Positions 1-7,900 of a stretch of 64,000 nucleotides of DNA are shown here, one piece after another. This stretch comes from Oscillospiraceae bacterium (GTDB lineage: Bacteria; Bacillota; Clostridia; Oscillospirales; Ruminococcaceae): assembly GCA_045643005.1 (NCBI GenBank), contig JAZUJY010000152.1, forward strand, positions 483-64,482, given 5' to 3'. The notes beneath the pieces were generated by a model. That model was not told the DNA's origin. It searched no databases and was given only the letters and a program-made list of their open reading frames with translations. Each line of letters starts with the position of its first letter. Position 1 is the stretch's first letter. The position numbers were made by a program, and so were the translations under genes.

Positions 1-857
1 TGAATATAATTTCCTATTACGTGTTTTTCAAAAAACTTCCATGTTAAATGCATTGGATCTATGTTATTTTCTTCAATATATTTTCTGTCCTCAACATCAG
101 GAAAAAGAACATTCGAATGACAAATGAAGCTGAAATCATCACTTTTTTCAGGCATATCAAGAATATAGAACCTGTAATCTTTTGAATTTCCTTGTTCTTT
201 AGTTCCAAAATTGGCTATACATTCATTTTTATTATCTTCAGAAGGTATAAAATCAATATTATCAGTAATCCAAATATGAACGACCGGAAAAATATCACCA
301 CATTTCAAATCAGATTCACCAATATATGATTTAATTATACGATAATCAGGATCTTCTTCAAAATAGTCACCTATTTTCTGAACAAAAAGATATTTATTCA
401 GCATATTATATTGATTGGCAGTTTCTCCTTTAAATTCATAACGAAAAATATCTCCATCAGACCAATTACATTTTATGTATTTCTTTTTTCTGAATTTTTT
501 TATTTTCGGCTGTTCAGAATTCAGTTTAACTTTTAGTTCTTCAAGAATCTTTTTACGTTCATCTCCGGTTTTTTCGGATATAGCATACCATTTCTCCAAT
601 TCATATGAACCTTCAATACAGGATATGGCATTTTCTTTGATTTTCTCAGTAAGTCTGCCCGCCTGCCACATTATTTCTGCTAGTGACATCCAAAAAAGTT
701 CTCCGTCTTCAGGATCTTCAATATACATTTTAAATTCTTTGAGCGTATTATTTAATGCTTCATCATCACTAAATCCATACTTTAAAAAAGCTGTGTAAAA
801 ATCTCTGACATCACCATAAACGTCATTCTGATTTATTTTCACACCCCATGCGCCCAT
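1..857 (-). CDS. Putative immunity protein (DUF4259-like N-terminus); 3' end lies outside the window
   Basis: Not in the ORF track because no stop lies in the window. Manual translation from ATG 857..855 (complement) reads MGAWGVKINQNDVYGDVRDFYTAFLKYGFSDDEALNNTLKEF...HLTWKFFEKHVIGNYI, open down to position 3. The ATG is 8 nt after the stop of toxin ORF 865..1686, with GGAG ~10 nt upstream. The MGAWG..N.D..D start matches my recollection of DUF4259 immunity-type proteins; no search was run. Confidence 0.6.
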   Translation of the reverse strand, partial: MGAWGVKINQNDVYGDVRDFYTAFLKYGFSDDEALNNTLKEFKMYIEDPEDGELFWMSLAEIMWQAGRLTEKIKENAISCIEGSYELEKWYAISEKTGDERKKILEELKVKLNSEQPKIKKFRKKKYIKCNWSDGDIFRYEFKGETANQYNMLNKYLFVQKIGDYFEEDPDYRIIKSYIGESDLKCGDIFPVVHIWITDNIDFIPSEDNKNECIANFGTKEQGNSKDYRFYILDMPEKSDDFSFICHSNVLFPDVEDRKYIEENNIDPMHLTWKFFEKHVIGNYI

Positions 858-864
858 TTTTTTA

Positions 865-1686
865 TCACTCCTGTTTTATTTTTTTTAATATTTCATCAAA
901 TAAATAAGCGTATACTTCACCCGCTTTTTTAAATGTATCATACCCTTTACCATCAGGATTAACACCATTTATTTGATTATTGTATTTTTTATTTTTATTT
1001 TTTGTCCCAAAACGTTCAATTCCAATCTGTTCCATTCCTCTGCCTGCTTCATTTGTAGGATTTTGATACAAAGTCACTAAATTTCTTGAATCTGCACCAT
1101 CTCCTCCTAATTGTTGAGCAATTAAATGACTTCGTGCATGTCCTGCGCCACCATGACTTAAATAGTTTCCATCTATAAAACCAGAAGGTCTAATATTCTT
1201 GTTAGCAATTGTTCCAGCCATAGGCATAAATCTAGTTAATTTTGCTATTGCCCCTGTTGCCCTTCCAAGCTCGTCCAGTTCGCCATAAATGATCCATCCT
1301 AAATCGTCATTATCCTTTTTATAACGTGTTTCTTCAATAACGGCATCATTTACATCTATAGAATCCAATGCACCATCTGTAATCATCTCACAAATTGTAT
1401 CACCAAACAACATTACTAAAGGTGCAGCAAACAATGTTGTAAACAATGTGATTCTTAGAGCTTTTAATGTGTTAATCGCCAGTAATGTTGATATATCTGA
1501 TACGCCTTCTGCTGCATCAGACATTACACTTGAAATAGCAAAATCGCTCGAGGTCATATATCCGCTTGGATCCACATTCATTACAGGATCTGCATTTGCA
1601 TACAGATATTTATGCAGTGAAACCGGATCAAATATGCTTCCGGGATACGTATCCATCGACGTAAATGTTCCCGTCTGCGGATTCAT
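865..1686 (-). CDS. Orphan RHS C-terminal toxin cassette 1: RHS core tip + hydrophobic pre-toxin segment + Endonuclease_NS_2-like (HNH/beta-beta-alpha-Me type) nuclease
   Basis: It starts with MNPQTGTFTSMDTYPGSIFDPVSLHKYLYANADPVMNVDPSGY, identical to the core tip of the large RHS gene. The frame stays open upstream (EGETENSYLYCGEQFDNATGLYYLRARY) without an ATG or SD, so it looks like a silent cassette. The nuclease motif is GGAGHARSHLIAQQLGGDGADSRNLVTLYQNPTN. Confidence 0.75.
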   Translation of the reverse strand: MNPQTGTFTSMDTYPGSIFDPVSLHKYLYANADPVMNVDPSGYMTSSDFAISSVMSDAAEGVSDISTLLAINTLKALRITLFTTLFAAPLVMLFGDTICEMITDGALDSIDVNDAVIEETRYKKDNDDLGWIIYGELDELGRATGAIAKLTRFMPMAGTIANKNIRPSGFIDGNYLSHGGAGHARSHLIAQQLGGDGADSRNLVTLYQNPTNEAGRGMEQIGIERFGTKNKNKKYNNQINGVNPDGKGYDTFKKAGEVYAYLFDEILKKIKQE

Positions 1687-1770
1687 GTATCTTGCTCTGA
1701 GATAGTAAAGCCCTGTTGCATTGTCAAACTGCTCTCCACAGTAGAGATAACTGTTTTCAGTTTCTCCCTC
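1559..1770 (-). repeat. RHS core-tip repeat, copy 1 (212 bp, near-identical to 6091..6302)
   Basis: Direct nucleotide comparison with 6091..6302 shows only a few mismatches. The plus-strand shadow ORFs 1448..1705 and 6049..6237 end in the same peptide YPLGSTFITGSAFAYRYLCSETGSNMLPGYVSIDVNVPVCGFMYLALR. Confidence 0.9.
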
Positions 1771-1774
1771 ATAA

Positions 1775-2647
1775 TTGATGACACCATAGCATCAAAAACA
1801 AAACCATCATCAAAAGCATTACATCCAATAGAAGATGCATACTTCCACCAGTCTCATCTTAAAGGAAAGCAGGATTATGGACATCAGGCAGTTGGTGTTA
1901 TGCTTCCCTGCAACGGAATAACTCTAAATTATGATATTATTCTGTACGATAAATCTGTAAGTAAGATAGACCTTGTCTGCGGTATAGCTGACGAACTTAA
2001 AACTGCACCTAATGTTTCATACCTGCTTTGTGACAGCTGATATACATGCAGCAAAGTAACAGAAGCTTTTATCAGAAAAGGTTTCTATACAATCGTAGCA
2101 CTTAAAACAAACAGAATAATTTTTCCTTCAGGGGTTGACATCAGCATCAGTTAAGCTTGCTGAAAATATTCTGGAAGAAGATAATTTCTTTTACCCCGTT
2201 ACAGTTAAAGGAAACAAATACCTTGTTTTCAGATATGAATGCAATTTTAAAGATATTGATAACGCCGTTGTTCTCATAACTTATCCAGCAGGAGCTTTTC
2301 ATAATAAAAAGCCTCTTAGAGCTTTTGTAAGCACTAATTCTGCTCTTTCAACTGAAGAGATACTCAACATTTTTACTGAAAGATGGGATATTGAGGTTTT
2401 CTTTCGTGAGAGCAAGTCAAAACTTGCTCTTGATAAGTACCAGATAAGATCTTCAAAAGGAATAAAGAGATTCTGGACTATTTCATCTCTTGCTTATCTT
2501 ATTGCCTGTTCTGAATCTGATAGTTTTGACTTTACTGAGGGTTACTGCATTCTCATGAAAAAAATCAGTAATGATCGAATGGCTAATATTTTTAAATTTG
2601 CAAAAGACTGTGATACTCTTGAGGCCTTTTTGTCTTTTGTTGCTTGA
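1775..2647 (+). mobile_element. 5'-truncated, degenerate IS remnant (DDE transposase, IS4/IS701-like)
   Basis: The C-terminal part reads ...ILNIFTERWDIEVFFRESKSKLALDKYQIRSSKGIKRFW (the RW.IE..F...K......Q.R motif of IS4/IS701-type DDE transposases). Upstream, frame ...NVSYLLCDS*YTCSKVTEAFIRKGFYTIVALKTNRIIFPSG has TGA at 2038..2040 where DSWY is expected. There is a frame change near 2130. No N-terminal region or start codon is present. Confidence 0.6.
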
Positions 2648-2695
2648 ATCAACTTGTGCATTTTGACTATGATTTTAAAATTTGCTCATTTATAG

Positions 2696-3205
2696 TTAAT
2701 AACATACGATGCCATTATCAAATAAATCCATCGGCAAAAATTCTATCATTTCAGGAATCTCATTATTAACTAGTTTATACAAAAACTCTGTAGTAGTCAT
2801 ATCAAATTCATAGTAATCAGCATCCTCACCATATACTATGATAGTAATTGATTTAGTATTAATCTTCCAAAAAAATAATGCACCATTATCACAAATAGCC
2901 CACGGAATTATTCCATTTTTTTGCGGATAAAAATCAAATGGATAACCTTCACCCTTTTTATCTGTTAATCCATATTGATGATAAGCTTCTTTTAAATCTT
3001 CATATATTTCTTTTTGTTCCTGTATCTGTTCATTCCATACGTCATCATAAGGTGAAATAAACCAGATATAATCATTAAAGCCCCCAATTTGTTTTTTAAA
3101 AAATAAAGATGCATCTTCAGGCAATAACACACCTTTAATATCTATCATCGATTCCGTGTTATATTTTCTTGAATATTCATGTAATTCAGTTAGTAAATCA
3201 TTCAT
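2696..3205 (-). CDS. SMI1/KNR4 (SUKH-superfamily) immunity protein
   Basis: 169 aa. It carries LLPEDASLFFKKQIGGFNDYIWFISPYD plus later aromatic/acidic blocks typical of SUKH-1 immunity proteins. It overlaps the end of the upstream nuclease remnant by 8 nt. Confidence 0.7.
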   Translation of the reverse strand: MNDLLTELHEYSRKYNTESMIDIKGVLLPEDASLFFKKQIGGFNDYIWFISPYDDVWNEQIQEQKEIYEDLKEAYHQYGLTDKKGEGYPFDFYPQKNGIIPWAICDNGALFFWKINTKSITIIVYGEDADYYEFDMTTTEFLYKLVNNEIPEMIEFLPMDLFDNGIVCY

Positions 3206-4054
3206 AATAATTTAAACTATTTCCTTTCGAATTATTAAATATATTAACATACATTCTAAATCCTCTATTTCCATATGCTATCATTTGAATACTATATGGC
3301 ATTAGTTCATTTGATAAATAATATGGAATAACAGCATAATATACAGTTTCTCCTGAATCTCTTTTGGCTTTGACTTGAAATTCTACTTTTTTCATTATTG
3401 AATTATTAACTGCGTTTTGATAAAGTGTTACTAAATTTCGTGGATCTGAACCATCTCCGCCCAACTGTTTTGCAATTAAATGTCCTCTAGCATGTCCAGC
3501 ACCACCTTTACTTATTGAATTACCATTAACAAAACCTGAAGGTTTAATACTTGAAAGTGCTTTCGTGCCAGCTTGTGGCATAAAGCGCGTTATTTTTGCT
3601 AACGCTCCAGTTGCTCTTCCTAATCCATCTAATTCACTGTAAATTATCCAACCTATGTCATTTTTTTCTTTTTATTACTAACATCTTCTTGTACTAATTC
3701 TTCTGTAACACTATTACTAATATCCGTAGAATCCAGTACACCATCTGTAATCATCTCACAAATTGTATCACCAAACAACATGACTAAAGGTGCAGTAAAT
3801 AGTGTTGTAAACAATGTGATTCTTAGAGCTTTTAATGTGTTAATCGCCAGTAATGTTGATATATCTGATACGCCTTCTGCTGCATCAGACATTACACTTG
3901 AAATAGCTAAATCGCTCGAGGTCATATAACCGCTTGGATCCACATTCATTACAGGATCTGCATTTGCATACAGATATTTATGCAGTGAAACCGGATCAAA
4001 TATGCTTCCGGGATACGTATCCATCGACGTAAATGTTCCCGTCTGTGGATTCAT
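3198..4054 (-). pseudogene. Orphan RHS C-terminal toxin cassette 2 (Endonuclease_NS_2-like nuclease), frameshifted
   Basis: ORF 3653..4054 (MNPQTGTF...ELVQEDVSNKKKKMT*) and ORF 3198..3581 (…GGAGHARGHLIAKQLGGDGSDPRNLVTLYQNAVNNSIMKKVEFQV…VYYAVIPYY…) are two halves of one gene. The piece between them reads DIGWIIYSELDGLGRATGALAKITRFMPQAGT in the second frame, parallel to DLGWIIYGELDELGRATGAIAKLTRFMPMAGT of cassette 1. The frame breaks in the A7 run (T7 on plus, 3661..3667). Confidence 0.75.
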
Positions 4055-4089
4055 GTATCTTGCTCTGAGATAGTAAAATCCTGTTACAA
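3927..4089 (-). repeat. RHS core-tip repeat, copy 2 (~165 bp; homology to 6091..6302 decays upstream of YYLRARY)
   Basis: Direct nucleotide comparison. It is also ~390 bp near-identical to cassette 1 (about 3745..4089 versus 1380..1725), covering the hydrophobic pre-toxin segment. Confidence 0.85.
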
Positions 4090-4240
4090 TGTTTTCAAAG
4101 TTCTGATCTGTAGTTTACAGCCTCATATTAAAACTATTTGGTCAAGATAAAGCCCATAATCTTTTATGTGGAGGAATATCTGCATCGTCGTTATAAAAGC
4201 CTCCATGTTCATTCTTCAATGTCATCCCCTAATTTTTAAC

Positions 4241-4546
4241 TCATAAAATTATTTCATATAGTTTATAAATTACGAAATCACCTTGCTCAAAAACCAGATT
4301 ATTACCATTGCACATCATACTTTCACGCAATTTTATAAATTCATTTAGTTTTTCTATATCATCAAACAATCCATTACTGTTTAATTTGAATTTTATTAAC
4401 TGCTCAATCCTTTTCAAATAAACATCACTATATACTGCTGAATAATAAGAGCCACCTGAATAAGCATAATCATATCCTATAAATTTAGTACGCCAATTAT
4501 TGATGGATAATTTAGGTTTTACCTTGTCTGTTTCGCAAAGCAACAT
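4241..4546 (-). CDS. Hypothetical protein (possible orphan or second immunity gene, or a remnant)
   Basis: 101-aa ORF located between the cognate immunity candidate and orphan cassette 2. I see no convincing SD before the ATG and recognise no motifs. Confidence 0.3.
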   Translation of the reverse strand: MLLCETDKVKPKLSINNWRTKFIGYDYAYSGGSYYSAVYSDVYLKRIEQLIKFKLNSNGLFDDIEKLNEFIKLRESMMCNGNNLVFEQGDFVIYKLYEIIL

Positions 4547-4597
4547 ACGAAATCTATAGAAACCTGATCCTGCTCGCCGGTGATATCCTCTTCGTCA

Positions 4598-4945
4598 TTA
4601 TATTTCATACCTATTGGTAAGGGTAATATACTCTTTAAACTTTTTATACAATCTAAAAAAAAGCTGTATTTCATTTTGATTTGAAGAGTTATTTTTTTGA
4701 ATTATTTCATACCAGTATTTCATATTGTGATTTTCATTTATTTGTTTTGAATCATACATCTCATTGATTACAAAATCTCTAAACATGCAATTAAAGTTTT
4801 TCTCATAACAAGTTTGCTGATTATTAATTTTTCTTGAATACAAATAACCCTCTATAAAATGATATAACGATTTATTATCAATATCATCACCTAAAAAAGC
4901 TCCAGGTCTTATTTCGATCTGTTTTATTAATTCATCTAAATTCAT
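4598..4945 (-). CDS. Putative cognate immunity protein of the RHS C-terminal toxin
   Basis: 115-aa ORF that starts 5 nt after the RHS stop on the same strand. It has no signal peptide (MNLDELIKQIEIRPGAFLGDDIDNKSLYHFIEGYLY...). The call rests on position only. Confidence 0.5.
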   Translation of the reverse strand: MNLDELIKQIEIRPGAFLGDDIDNKSLYHFIEGYLYSRKINNQQTCYEKNFNCMFRDFVINEMYDSKQINENHNMKYWYEIIQKNNSSNQNEIQLFFRLYKKFKEYITLTNRYEI

Positions 4946-4949
4946 TTTA

Positions 4950-7900
4950 TCACTCCAGTATCTTATAATCTATTGCACCAAAATAATACCCTAAGTCTCT
5001 AAGCCAATTTTTAAAATCCATTCCATCAAGTGAAAAATTATCATATACTATTCCATCAACTAAAACGCCATAATGATATCCATTGTTGCCAACATCTCCA
5101 TATTTGTCAGAATAAATATGTGGATATTCAGTAGTAACATAAACTTGATTTGATGGGATACCAGCTGCATTTAAATTTGCAGTAAGCTCATTTGCGAAAT
5201 TATCACACTGACCACTTTTCTTATATTTATCAGGAACTTTACTAACTGCTTTTTCTATATCTGACTGATCATAATTATGCACCAGCACCCCATCATCGCC
5301 AACAAAGTACGTATTATAACCTTCAACCTCAAGGTTATAAACCTTTATCACTTCATCCGGCTTTTCAAGCTCAGATCCTGTTACAACCGCACTATCTCCG
5401 TCAATAAGGTAAACCTCATCACCGTTTTCCAGATCACCTGCTGCCACCCAGCCTTTATCCATGACATAGAACGGATGATTTGTTGTTGTATCAATATCCC
5501 CTGCCGTTGTCTTCAGATGCAGTATCTCATCCTGATCATGAACATATACCGTCAATACTTCCTTAAGTTCTGTCTTTCCGGTATATATATCATATGCCCA
5601 TACCTTGTCCCCGACTTCGATCTCATCTATTCTTTTCTGTCCGTCTTCGGTTGATACAAGTGTATCTCCGGTGAAACATGTCTGACTCATGGACATCAGC
5701 TGAATAATAAGTTCGATTGTTCCCGTTACTGCAAGATCATATTTGCCTTCCTTGGTATAGTGAATAATACTCTGTACTTGTTGTCCAAGTCCTGCTGCGG
5801 TAAATATCTTTGTAAGAACCGGTCCGAGTCCCTTGATCTTACACATGAGATTGATAAATACCCCGGTTACTATTCCTCTTGCAGCTGCCCAGATTATATC
5901 TTCTGCAGTACTGTCAGGATCAAGTGCTGCCTCCATTATCTGTCTTCCGATATCATAGATCGTGCACATTATGTTTACAACATTAAGTACATTTTTCATC
6001 TTCTGATATGTTTTCAGATAATTCTTATATGTCTGGCTGTCAAGGATCTTGTCTATTACATTTCTTACCGATAATTCACCAAGTGTAAAATATCCGCTTG
6101 GATCCACATTCATTACAGGATCTGCATTTGCATACAGATATTTATGCAGTGAAACCGGATCAAATATGCTTCCGGGATACGTATCCATTGATGTAAATGT
6201 TCCCGTCTGCGGATTCATGTATCTTGCTCTGAGATAATAAAGCCCTGTTGCATTGTCATACTGCTCACCACAGTAGAGATAACTGTTTTCAGTTTCTCCC
6301 TCCTGAGATATCATATTTCCCCATGCATCGTATACATACGTATCTGTTACGTTTCCTTCTATATCCGAAAGCTGTCTTACTGAGCCGTGTCCGTCTGTCA
6401 GATATATGGATATTACTCCTTCTCTTTCCTGACTTATCAGTTCTTCGCCTCTTGTATAATGACATTTTACGTTTCCGTTTTCATCTCTTTCTTCAAGTAC
6501 CTGTGTGAGACTTCCGTATATATCATTGAGGTAATATGTTTTTTCTGCTTCTGTGAGCTTTGCTGTTCTGTTTCCTAAGCCGTCATATTCATACTCTTCT
6601 ACTGAAACATTATTTCCTTCCTGTACTGTTGCTCGGATCATTTTGTTTTCAGTATTGTATGTAAATGCTGAGATCTTTTCTCCTTCGGTTTTGCTTATCA
6701 GATTTCCTGCTTTGTCATATTCATAGACTGTTTCATTTTCACTGACAAGCTGATTAAGAACATTGTATACATATTCTGTTCTGACTCCGTTTTCGGTTTT
6801 TGCTGTTCTGTTGCTTACCTCGTCATATTCATATGTATATTCTGTAACTTTACCTTCATTGTCAGTTATCTTTTCTCCGGTCAGTCTGTAGAGTGCATCA
6901 TAGGTATACTCAACTGTTCTGTCAGTTTCTTCTGCCTTTATGCGTTCTCCTGATTTTCCGAGGCTATAAATATATGATGCCACAGTGCTGTTGTTTTTGT
7001 CAAGTATTTTTTCACTTACCAGACGATTTAACTTGTCATAGCTGTAGGTCACAGTCAAACCGTTTGCATACTCAACCTTTGATCTGTTTCCGTTTGCATC
7101 ATAGCTGTATGTTGTCGCATAACCGTTTTTGTCAACTACTCTTTCAATTCTGCTAAGTGCGTCATAGGAATATGTTTCTGTTCCATACGGCGTTTTTACT
7201 TTTGTAAGTCTTAAATAATCATCATATTCATATTCAACATAACTTCCGTCAGGATATCTTACTTTAGTAAGTCCGTCCATATTATCATAGTCAAAATATG
7301 TAGTCTTTCTGTCCATTGTGACAGATACAAGCAGATCATTTTTATATGAATAGGAATATTTATGATCGGCTGTTGTTTTGCTTATCATTCTGTCATACTG
7401 ATCATACGCATATTCAACAGTATTTCCGCCAAAATCTGTTGCTGACAAAACATTTCCGGTATTGTCATATGAAACTTCTGCTGTCTGACCTGCTGCATTT
7501 GTTGTTTTTACTGCTCGTCCGGCATTATCATAAACATAAGTTGTTACATGTCCGGCTGCATCTGTCACAGAAATAAGATTTCCAACTTCATCATACGAAT
7601 ATCTGGTGATATTTCCATAAGCATCAGAAAAACTGATAAGTCTGTCTGCTCCGTCATAGCTGTACTCTGTGATATATCCGTTCTGGTCTTTCTGAGAAGT
7701 CAGTCTTCCTCTTGCATCATATGCGGATTCAGAAGTTGTTCCGTCTGCATAAGTTACCTTTGTTCTGTTTCCGTTATCATCATATGTATATGTTACAGCA
7801 TTTCCTTTTGCATCTGTTACGGATGAGATCTGTGAATGTGAATCATATTTGAATTTCACTGTGTTTCCAAGAGCATCGATTATCGCAGTATTTTTTCCTG

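Noticed and set aside
475-798. 107-aa plus-strand ORF at the left edge.
   Set aside because: It is antisense to the better-supported minus-strand immunity ORF (1..857) and its product is low-complexity and Phe/Ser-rich.
1448-1705. Plus-strand ORFs 1448..1705 and 6049..6237 share an identical 48-aa C-terminus, which could suggest a conserved small protein.
   Set aside because: The identity simply reflects the duplicated RHS core-tip DNA read on the wrong strand.
5274-5678. The HINT domain could be a true protein-splicing intein.
   Set aside because: The residue after the terminal His-Asn is Tyr, so there is no Cys/Ser/Thr nucleophile. There is no homing-endonuclease insert. The flanks are a toxin linker and a warhead rather than a split conserved host protein. 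It fits a cleavage-only bacterial intein-like/PT-HINT module.
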